Part shown: piece by piece, positions 1 through 10,266 of the stretch
Numbering within the stretch: the stretch's first letter is position 1
How the letters are laid out: each line of letters starts with the position of its first letter
Virus record (IMG/VR): IMGVR_UViG_3300026478_000263
Origin: a virus
Taxonomy: Duplodnaviria; Heunggongvirae; Uroviricota; Caudoviricetes
Strand: one strand, 5' to 3'
Length of the DNA: 64,000 nucleotides
Notes under the pieces: model-generated
Database searches by the model: none
The model's input: the letters and a program-made list of their open reading frames with translations, nothing else
What the model was told of the DNA's origin: nothing
Translations under genes and position numbers: made by a program

Positions 1-177
1 GCTGTCCAAAAGGATATGCTAAATGTAGTTACAATTGGCTTTGGTTTTATTGTTCAAGCCGTTTTAATGGCATTGATATTCTTTAAGTAATTCGATTACC
101 AAACCAGTTGACACCACCTTCGGGTGGTGTTATACTTTTAACTGTCGTAAATTGTTTCACACACAGAAAGGCACATT

Positions 178-642
178 ATGAAAAAGGCACTTTTGGCAAT
201 ATCTATGGTAAGTATTCTTTCTGCTTGTTCAAGCATGAAGGAAATTGAAGTCCGTAAAACTGCGGCACACCCAAGTTGGTATGCTGATTGCGAACAACGA
301 GGCAAAGAAGGCTGGTTTTGGGCACGTGAGGGTTATGTCTATTCTTGCGGTATGGGCGAAAGTCGTTACCAGCAAGCATCAGAAGCACAAGCAGATGCCT
401 TTGCATTAGACGGCTTTGCCAAACGCTTAGGTAGTCGAGTCAATTCTTTGACTAAAGTAGAAATTATCGACGAACGAAAGGCTACTCAGACCCGAGTAGA
501 AACATCTACTGGTAACCAATTGATACAAGATCAATTAGAGTCTAAGAAACATCAGTACTCGTTAAACGGACAATATTACACTTATGTTCGTTTGAAAATG
601 ACTGAAGATACTTTCAATCGTCTTAAGGCAAAGGCTCAGTAA
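178..642 (+). CDS. putative lipoprotein
   Basis: N-terminal signal peptide ending in lipobox LSAC; compact ORF. Confidence 0.5.
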   Translation: MKKALLAISMVSILSACSSMKEIEVRKTAAHPSWYADCEQRGKEGWFWAREGYVYSCGMGESRYQQASEAQADAFALDGFAKRLGSRVNSLTKVEIIDERKATQTRVETSTGNQLIQDQLESKKHQYSLNGQYYTYVRLKMTEDTFNRLKAKAQ

Positions 643-980
643 TGACACACCCTTATACAGTTAAGAACTATCTGTGGTTAGCAATAATTGTAATGTTTGT
701 GATTATTGCTCTACTCTCGGGCTGTAGTTCTGCTCCTACTAAAACGGCACAGTTTTGTAACACATCAAAAACTATCGAAGTAGTCGATGGAGCCAATGTG
801 TCTAGCAAAACTACTGTAAGATGCTCCGATGATTTTATTGAACGTCATGTTCCTGCAAGAATTGGCGTAGATCAAAATTGTCGTCCTGTAGTTACACAAT
901 ATGGAAGAAACTATGTTTGCGAAACACATCGTCAAGGTCATTACGTTTACATTTCTGACCCTGCTAATCTGTCAAACTAG
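642..980 (+). CDS. putative lipoprotein/secreted protein
   Basis: N-terminal TM/signal followed by LLSGCSS lipobox; ATGA start overlap with upstream gene. Confidence 0.4.
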   Translation: MTHPYTVKNYLWLAIIVMFVIIALLSGCSSAPTKTAQFCNTSKTIEVVDGANVSSKTTVRCSDDFIERHVPARIGVDQNCRPVVTQYGRNYVCETHRQGHYVYISDPANLSN

Positions 981-1359
981 TCAGGCTTCAGATCTCCGTG
1001 TTCCATTAAGTGCAACCGGAGGTGTGAGAAATGATTACGATTATCCTGGAAGTGCTGTTAGTGTTTTTGCCAACCTAATTAAAAGTTGGGATGGCGCATT
1101 GAGTAAAGAAGATAGACGTAGACACACAAATGCTGTTATACTAACATTAGAATCTGTACCAGATGGACAGGTTATGGAGTGGTATAACAACACAGAAGAA
1201 TCGTGGGGTAAAATTAAACCGGTATTGTCTTGGCATGTTCAAGGCGGTGTATGCCGTAAATTAATTACTCTAGTTTATAAACAAGGCAAAAGTAGAGAAT
1301 ATGAAGAAGTTGGTTGCTATACATTAGATAGTCAGTTTTGGACTTTTGCTCGCCAATAA
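901..1359 (+). CDS. secreted hypothetical protein
   Basis: hydrophobic signal peptide (FLTLLICQTSQA); overlaps upstream ORF end, true start may be downstream. Confidence 0.4.
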   Translation: MEETMFAKHIVKVITFTFLTLLICQTSQASDLRVPLSATGGVRNDYDYPGSAVSVFANLIKSWDGALSKEDRRRHTNAVILTLESVPDGQVMEWYNNTEESWGKIKPVLSWHVQGGVCRKLITLVYKQGKSREYEEVGCYTLDSQFWTFARQ

Positions 1360-1369
1360 ATAATAGATT

Positions 1370-2737
1370 ATGCGATATCAAACTAGTGACAAACTAATTG
1401 CTTGGCTAACATTGTTCAGCGGATTAACCATATCCGCTGTAGCCATTTATTACAGCGTAGCGGGCCTAATGGCCATTTTCTCTGCGGCTGTTATTCCTAT
1501 CATTGTTATGGGTGTAGCCCTAGAAGTTAGTAAGTTAGCCGCAACTGTTTGGCTAAAACAAAATTGGTCCAGGGCACCTAACTTTATTAGAGGTTATCTA
1601 TTATCCGCTATTGCTATACTAATGCTTATTACCTCTATGGGTATTTTTGGTTTCTTATCCAAAGCACACAGTGACCAAAGTCTAGTAAGCGGCGATGTTC
1701 AAAGTAAGATTGCTATCTATGATGAAAAGATCAAAACCGAAAAAGAAAATATTGAAGCAAACCGTAAAGCACTTAAACAGATGGATGAAGGAGTGGACCA
1801 AGTATTGGGTCGCTCAGCAGATGAAAAAGGTGCCGACAAGGCTGTGGCTTTGCGTAAGTCCCAGCAGAAAGAACGTGCTAGACTTCAAGCAGAAATATCA
1901 CAGTCGCAGAAGTCTATCGCGGAACTTAATGATGCCCGTGCGCCTATTGCCGCCGAGGTACGCAAGGTCGAAGCCGAAGTTGGTCCAATTAAGTATATCG
2001 CATCGTTTGTCTATGGCGAGACAAATGAAACGATTTTAGAAAAAGCAGTTACCTGGGTAATCATTATTATTGTTATAGTATTTGACCCATTGGCTGTTAT
2101 TTTGTTGCTGGCTAGCCAATATAGTTTCCAATGGTTTAGGAAACAAGAAGAGGAAGAACCTGAGCCAGCGCCAATTGTGCCAACTCCAATTGATGCACAG
2201 AATGAACCTAAATACGAAGCAGACGATGGTCCATTAGTCGAAGAGCAAGTCGAACAGATTAAAGAAAGTGCTGATCCGCATCCAATTGGTTGGATGTATC
2301 CTAAACACGCAGACATCCAAAACTATCAAGTAGAAGATGCCGACGATGAAGATGCTGAAATAGTAGAACATGCTAGATCTTATATTCCAGAAGAAGAAAA
2401 GGACATTGTTGAAGACATTGGACTAGAGCAATGGAATAAAATGATTGAAGAAGCAGAACGCGAACTTGAAAAAGAAAAAGAAGCCAAGCGCATTTGGAAG
2501 GAACAGAATCCAGATGACACTATTAAGCATCAGGAAAAATTAAAAGAATCTGGTGTAATTGAAGAGTTACCTTGGAAGGAAACTTTGGACGAGCGTCCTG
2601 GGGATTATATATCCGAAGTAACAGGAGACAGATACAAGCCCGATCTTACAGAAGTCATAGAACCTGACAGTTCAAAAAAAAAGACAACCTACATAGTGAA
2701 GGAACAGAATCAACAAGTGACCAAGACCAAGGAGTAA
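1370..2737 (+). CDS. membrane-anchored coiled-coil protein with acidic C-terminal region
   Basis: 2-3 N-terminal TM helices, long coiled-coil, E/D-rich C-terminus; 455 aa. Confidence 0.5.
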   Translation: MRYQTSDKLIAWLTLFSGLTISAVAIYYSVAGLMAIFSAAVIPIIVMGVALEVSKLAATVWLKQNWSRAPNFIRGYLLSAIAILMLITSMGIFGFLSKAHSDQSLVSGDVQSKIAIYDEKIKTEKENIEANRKALKQMDEGVDQVLGRSADEKGADKAVALRKSQQKERARLQAEISQSQKSIAELNDARAPIAAEVRKVEAEVGPIKYIASFVYGETNETILEKAVTWVIIIIVIVFDPLAVILLLASQYSFQWFRKQEEEEPEPAPIVPTPIDAQNEPKYEADDGPLVEEQVEQIKESADPHPIGWMYPKHADIQNYQVEDADDEDAEIVEHARSYIPEEEKDIVEDIGLEQWNKMIEEAERELEKEKEAKRIWKEQNPDDTIKHQEKLKESGVIEELPWKETLDERPGDYISEVTGDRYKPDLTEVIEPDSSKKKTTYIVKEQNQQVTKTKE

Positions 2738-2774
2738 CCTACGTCCAAAACGCTGAACAAGACACAGAGACATT

Positions 2775-3167
2775 ATGGCAGAGAATACAAAGAAGAAAAT
2801 CAAAATCATAACCGCTCCGGATCGTATATACGATCAAAGTCAAACAATGCTAGTTATTACTCCTAGCGACACACTCAAAGACGCTGTACAGGAATATGCT
2901 TTAGACTGTAGTGAACACTTAAACATATATCTGTACACAGGCGACGAAGACAACATAGCATGGTTACTCAGCGTAGCCAATTCCGTCGACACTATTCTTA
3001 TAGATATGGATAATAGTCCTGTAAGTATAAGCCAGTTCTTTGCTTACATTTTGAGTATTCCTACTACATACTATAGATGCACGAATATGCAAGCACCTTG
3101 GGATTTAATAAATAAAAATCGTTTTTACGACTTTCCAAAATTAACAGAGGAAGATAATGAGGGATAA
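2775..3167 (+). CDS. hypothetical protein
   Basis: intact ORF in operon context. Confidence 0.4.
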   Translation: MAENTKKKIKIITAPDRIYDQSQTMLVITPSDTLKDAVQEYALDCSEHLNIYLYTGDEDNIAWLLSVANSVDTILIDMDNSPVSISQFFAYILSIPTTYYRCTNMQAPWDLINKNRFYDFPKLTEEDNEG

Positions 3168-3390
3168 ACAACTACGTGGTAGTGGAGTTACTGTAAAAGA
3201 CGGTGAACCCGTTGAAAGAGCTCTACGCCGTTTCAAAAAGAAAATACAGGATAGCGGATTATTGCAGGAACTAAGAGATCGCGAGTTCTATGAAAAGCCA
3301 ACAACTGCTCGTAAGCGAGCAAAGTCTGCGGCTAAGAATCGTTGGCAAAAAGAACTGCGTAAACAACAACTACCTAAAAAAATGTATTAA
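3157..3390 (+). CDS. rpsU: 30S ribosomal protein S21
   Basis: 77 aa; motif ALRRFKKK...LQELRDREFYEKPTTARKRAKSAA matches bacterial S21 almost residue for residue. Confidence 0.85.
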   Translation: MRDKQLRGSGVTVKDGEPVERALRRFKKKIQDSGLLQELRDREFYEKPTTARKRAKSAAKNRWQKELRKQQLPKKMY

Positions 3391-3392
3391 AA

Positions 3393-3677
3393 ATGGACGA
3401 ACAAAATAACGAAGTTATGGACATTCTGCAGGAAGAGTGTGCAGAAGTTATTCAAGCAGTAAGTAAAATTAGGCGTTTTGGCATAGACAATGCTAAACAC
3501 GGAACAGAGCAGACCAATCGACAGCACCTAGAAGAAGAACTAGGGGATATGCTGGCTATGATTGATATACTAATGATCAACGAAGTAGTCAGTTGGGGCA
3601 AATTGCACGAAGCAAAAAGGGCAAAAGTCGAAAAGTTAAAAAAATGGTCTAAAATACCAAATTTAGATAAAATCTGA
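3393..3677 (+). CDS. MazG-like nucleotide pyrophosphohydrolase (small)
   Basis: EExxE...EELGD motifs typical of MazG/HisE all-alpha NTP-PPase. Confidence 0.5.
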   Translation: MDEQNNEVMDILQEECAEVIQAVSKIRRFGIDNAKHGTEQTNRQHLEEELGDMLAMIDILMINEVVSWGKLHEAKRAKVEKLKKWSKIPNLDKI

Positions 3678-3694
3678 TATAAATAATTTTGTAG
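3676..3694 (+). promoter_or_regulatory. T4-type late promoter motif GATATAAATAATTTTGTAG
   Basis: TATAAATA core at 3678-3685; near-identical copy at 33150-33168. Confidence 0.4.
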
Positions 3695-3767
3695 AACGCC
3701 AATAGGGTTTTACGAAACGGGCAGTTGCCCACAATTAAAATCTTGCTTAATTATAAGGAGAAATGTT

Positions 3768-5633
3768 ATGAGCAAAGTCATCGGTATCGACTTGGGTACT
3801 ACCAATTCATGCGTAGCAGTCATCGAGTCAGGAAATTCCAAAGTTATTGAAAACAGCGAAGGTGCAAGAACTACACCTAGTATTGTTGCCTATTCTACAG
3901 ACGAAGTACTTGTAGGTGCTAGTGCTAAACGTCAAGCAGTAACAAATCCCAAAAACACAATCTATGCGGCCAAGCGTCTTATTGGACGTAAGTTCAAAGA
4001 ACAGGCTGTACAAAAAGATATTGACCTAATGCCTTACGAAATCATGGAATCCAAGAATGGAGATGCATGGGTTCGCGCACAGGGTAAAGAATTAGCACCT
4101 CCGCAGATTAGTGCTGAAGTTCTGCGTAAGATGAAAAAGACAGCAGAGGATTATTTAGGTGAAAAAGTTACTCAAGCAGTTATCACAGTTCCCGCATACT
4201 TTAATGACAGCCAAAGACAGGCAACTAAGGATGCTGGAAAAATCGCAGGCTTGGAAGTATTGCGTATTATTAACGAGCCTACTGCGGCAGCTCTTGCTTA
4301 TGGTGTTGATAAAAACGACAAAGCAGATCGCAAAGTTGCTGTTTATGACCTTGGTGGTGGTACTTTCGATGTATCGATCATTGAAATTGCCAACGTGGAT
4401 GGCGAAAAACAAATCGAAGTACTAAGCACTAACGGCGACACATTCTTAGGTGGTGAAGACTTTGACCAACGTATTATGGACTACTTGGTCGACGAGTTTA
4501 AGAAAGAGTCAGGCATGAACCTTAAGAAAGACATGTTGGCCTTACAACGTCTAAAAGAAGCCGCTGAAAAAGCCAAGATTGAGTTATCTAGCAGTGCCAG
4601 CACTGATGTTAACTTACCTTACATCACAGCAGACGCAAGTGGTCCTAAGCACATGAATGTTAAGATTACTCGTGCTAAGTTAGAAGCATTGGTAGAAGAA
4701 CTAATCCAACGTAGTATCGAACCATGTAAGGTTGCTATGAAGGATGCAGGTGTTACTCCATCAGAAATTGACGAAGTTATTCTTGTTGGTGGGCAAACAC
4801 GTATGCCCAAGGTACAAGAAGCAGTTGAAAAACTATTCGGTAAGGCTCCACGCAAAGACGTTAACCCAGACGAAGCAGTAGCAGTTGGTGCGGCTATTCA
4901 AGGTTCAGTACTAGCAGGTGATCGTACAGACGTTCTATTGTTAGACGTAACACCATTGTCACTAGGCATTGAAACTATGGGAGGTGTGTTTACTAAACTT
5001 GTACAAAAGAACACAACTATACCTACTAAGGCTAGCCAAGTGTTTAGCACAGCAGAAGATAATCAACCAGCAGTTGATATCAAAGTAGCACAAGGCGAGC
5101 GTGAACTATTCCAATACAACAAACTCCTGGGTGAGTTTAAGTTAGACGGTATTGCTCCAGCACGTCGTGGCACTCCACAGATTGAAGTTACATTTGACAT
5201 CGATGCTAACGGCATTATGAAAATTAGTGCTAAAGATAAAAACACCGGCAAAGAAAATCAAATCACAATTAAGAGTGACAGTGGTCTAAGCAAAGAGCAG
5301 ATCGAACAAATGGTTCGTGATGCAGAAGTTAATGCCGAATCAGATAAGAAGGCACGTGAACTTATCGATGCTAGGAACACAGCCGAGGCGTTGATCAACA
5401 ATGTTGAAAACGACATGAAAGAAACAACACTTTCAGACACAGATAAAACAAAGATCGAAGATGCTGTTAAAGCACTTCAAACAGAATTGACAGGTTCTGA
5501 CAAAGACGCTATCGTACAAAAGACTAGCGAACTAGCAGTGGCCAGTCAAGCGATTGCACAGGCCAAACAGGACAAGCCATTTGAACCTGTTCAGGAAGAT
5601 GCAATCAATGCCGAGTTTAAGGAAACAAACTAA
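3768..5633 (+). CDS. dnaK: chaperone DnaK (Hsp70)
   Basis: [19 protein letters not shown]-terminus, full-length Hsp70 ATPase and substrate-binding domains, 621 aa. Confidence 0.95.
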   Translation: MSKVIGIDLGTTNSCVAVIESGNSKVIENSEGARTTPSIVAYSTDEVLVGASAKRQAVTNPKNTIYAAKRLIGRKFKEQAVQKDIDLMPYEIMESKNGDAWVRAQGKELAPPQISAEVLRKMKKTAEDYLGEKVTQAVITVPAYFNDSQRQATKDAGKIAGLEVLRIINEPTAAALAYGVDKNDKADRKVAVYDLGGGTFDVSIIEIANVDGEKQIEVLSTNGDTFLGGEDFDQRIMDYLVDEFKKESGMNLKKDMLALQRLKEAAEKAKIELSSSASTDVNLPYITADASGPKHMNVKITRAKLEALVEELIQRSIEPCKVAMKDAGVTPSEIDEVILVGGQTRMPKVQEAVEKLFGKAPRKDVNPDEAVAVGAAIQGSVLAGDRTDVLLLDVTPLSLGIETMGGVFTKLVQKNTTIPTKASQVFSTAEDNQPAVDIKVAQGERELFQYNKLLGEFKLDGIAPARRGTPQIEVTFDIDANGIMKISAKDKNTGKENQITIKSDSGLSKEQIEQMVRDAEVNAESDKKARELIDARNTAEALINNVENDMKETTLSDTDKTKIEDAVKALQTELTGSDKDAIVQKTSELAVASQAIAQAKQDKPFEPVQEDAINAEFKETN

Positions 5634-5699
5634 ACTCGTTATGTAGGGTGCCCGGGTGGGGCCCTACTAAAATTCTTGCTTAATTAAAGGAGATATAAA

Positions 5700-6146
5700 A
5701 TGACACAATTAACACGTTTTGACACAGCCGCTCTAAACAGAGCATTAATCGGTTTCGACAATCTATTCGATACTTTCGAAACACGCTTTGCACATCAGAT
5801 TTCGAACAACTATCCTCCATATAATATTGAAAAGTCTGGAGAAAACCAGTATAATATAGTTGTTGCTGTAGCAGGATTCGGTAAAGATGAAGTTGCAGTA
5901 GAAGTGGAAGGTGATCAATTAACTATTCGCGGCGAGAAGGCAATCAATGCTAACGAAGGCGAATACCAAGTTGAGTACTTACACAGAGGTCTTGCTTTCC
6001 GTGATTTCGAACGTAGATTTACTCTAGCAGAACACATGGAAATCAAGTCAGCAGAAATTAAGGATGGTGTGCTTACAATTCAAATCGAGCGCATTGTTCC
6101 TGAAGCACTTCTGCCACGTAAGATTGAAGTGAAAGAAGTTAAGTAA
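5700..6146 (+). CDS. small heat shock protein (Hsp20/IbpA-like)
   Basis: alpha-crystallin domain pattern (GVLTIQI...); 148 aa; shares leader motif with dnaK. Confidence 0.8.
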   Translation: MTQLTRFDTAALNRALIGFDNLFDTFETRFAHQISNNYPPYNIEKSGENQYNIVVAVAGFGKDEVAVEVEGDQLTIRGEKAINANEGEYQVEYLHRGLAFRDFERRFTLAEHMEIKSAEIKDGVLTIQIERIVPEALLPRKIEVKEVK

Positions 6147-6201
6147 AAAATCGGGGGCTCCGGCCCCCACTAATAAATACCATTAAGAATGGAGGGCCAA
6201 T

Positions 6202-6510
6202 ATGCCAACTGTAGACACCGAAATTAAAATTGACGAAAAGATTAAAATCGATATCACTGAACCTAAGCGTTACAAGGTATTGTTTTTAAATGATAACAAA
6301 ACTCCAATCGACTTTGTTATTGAATTACTAATGACTGTGTTTAAGCACTCCAGAGAAAATGCTGAACAGATTACATTAACTGTACACAATGAAGGTTCAG
6401 CAGTAGTAGGTGTTTATACCTACGAGATCGCCGAGCAGAAAGGTGTTGAGGCAACACACCTTGCACGTCAAGCAGGCTTCCCATTACAAATTAAAGTGGA
6501 TTCCGAATGA
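6202..6510 (+). CDS. clpS: ClpS ATP-dependent Clp protease adaptor
   Basis: YKVLFLNDNKTPIDFVIELLMTVF...QITLTVHNEGSAVVGVYTYEIAEQK matches the ClpS core. Confidence 0.85.
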   Translation: MPTVDTEIKIDEKIKIDITEPKRYKVLFLNDNKTPIDFVIELLMTVFKHSRENAEQITLTVHNEGSAVVGVYTYEIAEQKGVEATHLARQAGFPLQIKVDSE

Positions 6511-7061
6511 GTCTAAAAGAACTTACACACGAGCAACATCGCAGAGCAGAAACAAGGCCTTTTGTTAAAGTCTTATTTTCAGGAAATGTAAATCCTAAAC
6601 TATACGCAACATATCTAAAAAATCAACATCCAATGTATGAGATTTTAGAAGTCTGTGCTATGCCACATGGATTACTTTCCGGTCTACCAGAGATACGCAG
6701 AGCACCTGCAATTTTATCTGACTTCATAGAACTATGGGGCTCAGACAATCCTGAAGAACCAAAAATGTGTCCGGTAGTGGATGAATATATCAAATATATT
6801 CTCAGCATCAAAGATGATCCTAAAAAGTTGATGGCACACATTTATGTACGTCACATGGGAGATTTATCAGGCGGTCAAATGATTGCTAAAAGAGTTCCAG
6901 GCAGTGGCAAATACTATCAGTTTGGAGACGAACCTGAAAAGATCAAAGAAGCAATTCGTGCAAAACTAGATGATAGTCTAGCAGATGAAGCAAGAGTATG
7001 TTTTGATTTTGCGGCAAAATTCTTTGATCAAATGATGGATATAGTTCCACACTATGAGTAA
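6507..7061 (+). CDS. heme oxygenase
   Basis: LKELTHEQHRRAE proximal-His motif and overall HO-fold length (184 aa); immediately upstream of bilin reductase. Confidence 0.7.
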   Translation: MSLKELTHEQHRRAETRPFVKVLFSGNVNPKLYATYLKNQHPMYEILEVCAMPHGLLSGLPEIRRAPAILSDFIELWGSDNPEEPKMCPVVDEYIKYILSIKDDPKKLMAHIYVRHMGDLSGGQMIAKRVPGSGKYYQFGDEPEKIKEAIRAKLDDSLADEARVCFDFAAKFFDQMMDIVPHYE

Positions 7062-7734
7062 AGTATGGGACACGCTGATTGAAGTTCAGCATCTTTTAGA
7101 AAGCAGTTTTAATGAAACAGGAACAGAAATCTTTGAACCGGGCATGGATCGCTTTAATCAGCCTGGTTGGGTTAATCGTGTTTGGACCAGTGGGTCTTAT
7201 CGCCGTGCTCACGTTGATGTTGTGGATGCTAGAGAAACCAAAGGACTCTGGATGATGCATTGTTGCATCTTCCCACACTTACACAATCCAGCACCAATTT
7301 ACGGCTTTGACGTTGTAGCAGGCAAGAATAAGATTACTGGCTGTTTTCATGATTACAGCAAAGCAGGAGATTCTAATCATCCTATGATGGAATGGTTTGC
7401 TGATTATGTTAAACGACTCGAATGGCGCAGAGAACGCCAACTACCAGAATGGGCTACCAACATATTCAGCCCTAGCATGGTAGCCGCAGGTAATGTGCAG
7501 AGCGAAGAAGAACTAGCGCAGATTATAGAAATGGCTAAAGATACACTGGCACATTACTTAGAAACTGTAGCAGAAACTAATAATACTACTGAAAATACCA
7601 CAGAAGCGCAGAACTACTACGCAATCAATCAAAAATGTAACCCACATACTCCACGTGTAATGGCTAGTTTAGGCTTAGATGAAGAGGATGTTAGGGTATT
7701 CATACAGGAATGTTTGTTCCCAGAAATTCGCTAA
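7054..7734 (+). CDS. ferredoxin-dependent bilin reductase (PcyX/PcyA/PebS family)
   Basis: FDBR family signature region (WMMHCCIFPH, DVVAGKNK); 226 aa; coupled to heme oxygenase. Confidence 0.75.
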   Translation: MSKVWDTLIEVQHLLESSFNETGTEIFEPGMDRFNQPGWVNRVWTSGSYRRAHVDVVDARETKGLWMMHCCIFPHLHNPAPIYGFDVVAGKNKITGCFHDYSKAGDSNHPMMEWFADYVKRLEWRRERQLPEWATNIFSPSMVAAGNVQSEEELAQIIEMAKDTLAHYLETVAETNNTTENTTEAQNYYAINQKCNPHTPRVMASLGLDEEDVRVFIQECLFPEIR

Positions 7735-7757
7735 ATACAGAATAGACGGATTTTACC

Positions 7758-8666
7758 ATGAGAGCAAAAGAATTCATCACAGAAGCAACCAATGCCGCAC
7801 AACAAGCCGCTATCGCTATTGCTAAAAAGAAAAAGCAAAATGTAAAAGAATTTGCGCCGGATAATAGTGGCGACGAAGAAGAAACATTACTCAAGTACGC
7901 TCGTATTTGGTACAATGGCGATGACGACATACAACAAAAAGTTGAAAAACTATTAAATCGTATGGGTTGGGAAATTGGCGAAATCGAATCAGAAGAAGGC
8001 GGCGCATTTGTTGTGCAGTCTGGCGATGAGCATGGTAAGAGTTATATTGGTTTTGCCCCAGAAGACTTAACTGAAGCCGCCATGGCGGAAGGTGTCGATA
8101 TTGGCCGAGAGTGGATGAGCGACACTGAATTGGATCAGTATGTGCCAGATCGCTTACAACAACAATGGCGTGAATTGTTGGGTTACGATCGCCATGGCAA
8201 TCCAAGTGCATTGTGGGCAAACTTAACAGGCGGATATGAACCGGATGTTAATGATCGTCAACATCGTGCCCTAATGGTTAAAGTGGCTAACAAATGGTTT
8301 GCGGCTAAGAAGATTCCTAATGTTAAATTCTTCAGTGTTAGAGATGCAGACGATGAATTAGAATGGTTAGTTCAAATTGGCCCAGAAGGTATGTCAGAAG
8401 ATTGGCAGAAGGTTAATAAGAAAGACAAAACCGATGGCATGAGCAGTAAAGCCGTTAAAGCATATCGTAGAGAACATCCTGGTAGTAAATTAAAAACAGC
8501 AGTCACTACACCTCCTAGCAAATTAAAGAAAGGATCTAAGGCAAGTAAGCGTAGATCAAGTTTTTGTGCTAGAAGTGATGGCCAAAAGAAAATGCACAAT
8601 ATTGATTGCACTAAGACACCAGACAAGGCAATCTGCAAAGCACGTAAACGTTGGAACTGTGAATGA
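7758..8666 (+). CDS. putative internal head protein with T4-like capsid-targeting N-terminus (MRAKEFI)
   Basis: N-terminus MRAKEFITEA resembles T4 IP capsid-targeting sequence MKTYQEFIAE; Cys/basic-rich C-terminus. Confidence 0.5.
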   Translation: MRAKEFITEATNAAQQAAIAIAKKKKQNVKEFAPDNSGDEEETLLKYARIWYNGDDDIQQKVEKLLNRMGWEIGEIESEEGGAFVVQSGDEHGKSYIGFAPEDLTEAAMAEGVDIGREWMSDTELDQYVPDRLQQQWRELLGYDRHGNPSALWANLTGGYEPDVNDRQHRALMVKVANKWFAAKKIPNVKFFSVRDADDELEWLVQIGPEGMSEDWQKVNKKDKTDGMSSKAVKAYRREHPGSKLKTAVTTPPSKLKKGSKASKRRSSFCARSDGQKKMHNIDCTKTPDKAICKARKRWNCE

Positions 8667-10216
8667 GAGCAAAAGAATTTATTTTATTTGAATCTGAAGG
8701 CGGCATGGCCCGCCGTGCAGAAGAAGCCGGCCGTGGCAAACGTGTAGCATTTAAAAATGCAGATGGAAATGTTATTCATATGATTGCATCTCAAGTGTTT
8801 CCACAAGACGTAGACAAGCGAGACAATTATCAAGAACTAGTTCCAGAGATTATGGACTATGTGAAGGCTAACAATGTAGCAGTATCTAACGCACTAACAC
8901 TTCCGCCAGTGGGCGGACTAAGCATACCTGAAAAAGCAGGTGCCGCATTAGTAATGATTTTTAAAGATGAAAAATCTAAAAAGAACATAGCATGGATCGC
9001 TCTTAAGCCTGCTAAGAAGCCAGGTGCTTATCCAATCTTCTTACAGACTAAACAGTTTTCAGACCTAACTGGTTATGTACAACTAAGCGGCAAAGCAGGA
9101 GAGGAAGATAAAATTTCTGGAGTACAACAACGTGCTCTAACTAATTTAAAACCTGTTGGAATTATTCCTACTAATACAACCATTGCTGTAGATGATATTC
9201 CTACACAAGTGCAAGGTTCTATTCAAGAGCGTGATGATCTAGCAGATGCTATTAAACAACAGGTAGTACAACTATTGCAGGCTGTTGCTTCTGGTAGCAG
9301 TAATCCTGTCCCCGGCGCCGGCGACTATGCTAAGAGTTACGAAATTGATTTAGGTGAAACAGCCGCACCAATTTCATTAATTAAGAAAAAGTTCTTAAGT
9401 GGTGCATGGCAACAGGCCGAAGCCGGAATGGGTTTGAAGTTTGAAGAAGCCGTTGGTGTAGAATTTCCAAACGATCCTGCTGAAAAACTATACGATAGTT
9501 ATTTGAAGTTTTCAGGTGATGTGAAGATTCGTGTAAGTTCCAAAGACAAGCAAGGCGGCGCAAAGGCATCTGTATCTGGTGTGGTAGACGATATAGCGGC
9601 ATACCCGCAACGTTATGAAGGATTGTTTGATCCTAAAGTCAACCCAGGCTTCCAAGAGCTACTAGACATTGTAAACATTATTAAAGACCCTGACATGAGT
9701 TATGTGGCTAAAAGCGCACAATGGAAACGAAATGGTTCTATTGCTGGTGCATTAGAATTAGGTGTCAAAGTAGGCATCATCGATGGTACACAAGCAGAAA
9801 AAATTATGGAAATCATTGACAGCGATCAGCCGCATGTTGATGACGAAACACTAGGCGACTTAAAAGGATTGTTAGTTTATAAAGGCACAGACGATTCGAC
9901 AAGACCAGACTACAGAATTGGTTGGCATTTATTAGCCGCAGTAGCAACTGGCACAGCAAATAAAGTAAACAAGGACTACAAGACAGATGCTTTCTTCAAA
10001 GCAGTTCTGGAACGTTCCAATATGTTACAAGTCAAAACTTCATTACAACAGAAGCCTACTAAGGACGCTGAAGGTAAACCATCAAATGGAGCATACTTCT
10101 CCAATTTTGAAGTTATCTATCCTCCAGTATTCACGGGCACAATTAAATTGGATGCCAGCAGTAACTTCTACGCTACAAGAAGACCAGTTGGTAAAATGGG
10201 TTTCGCAATCCGTTAA
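8663..10216 (+). CDS. putative internal head protein with T4-like capsid-targeting N-terminus (MRAKEFI)
   Basis: N-terminus MRAKEFILFE; paralogous N-terminus shared with 7758 and 17604 genes; 517 aa. Confidence 0.5.
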   Translation: MRAKEFILFESEGGMARRAEEAGRGKRVAFKNADGNVIHMIASQVFPQDVDKRDNYQELVPEIMDYVKANNVAVSNALTLPPVGGLSIPEKAGAALVMIFKDEKSKKNIAWIALKPAKKPGAYPIFLQTKQFSDLTGYVQLSGKAGEEDKISGVQQRALTNLKPVGIIPTNTTIAVDDIPTQVQGSIQERDDLADAIKQQVVQLLQAVASGSSNPVPGAGDYAKSYEIDLGETAAPISLIKKKFLSGAWQQAEAGMGLKFEEAVGVEFPNDPAEKLYDSYLKFSGDVKIRVSSKDKQGGAKASVSGVVDDIAAYPQRYEGLFDPKVNPGFQELLDIVNIIKDPDMSYVAKSAQWKRNGSIAGALELGVKVGIIDGTQAEKIMEIIDSDQPHVDDETLGDLKGLLVYKGTDDSTRPDYRIGWHLLAAVATGTANKVNKDYKTDAFFKAVLERSNMLQVKTSLQQKPTKDAEGKPSNGAYFSNFEVIYPPVFTGTIKLDASSNFYATRRPVGKMGFAIR

Positions 10217-10227
10217 GCCAAATCTAG

Positions 10228-10257
10228 TTGACAAATCTTACGAAGTTCATATATAAT
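10228..10257 (+). promoter_or_regulatory. sigma70-like promoter (TTGACA-17-ATATAA/TATAAT)
   Basis: consensus -35 and -10 with 17-18 bp spacer directly upstream of tRNA-Thr. Confidence 0.5.
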
Positions 10258-10266
10258 AAAAACATT

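Noticed and set aside
203-406. Minus-strand and embedded ORFs in the six-frame track (e.g. 203-406-, 1695-2039+, 2011-2316-, 3828-4013-, 4155-4425, 4619-4855-, 5063-5440-, 6623-6841-, 7096-7278-)
   Set aside because: They lie entirely inside well-supported, highly conserved genes (dnaK, HO, FDBR) on the other strand or frame, have low-complexity translations, and lack RBS. Judged spurious.
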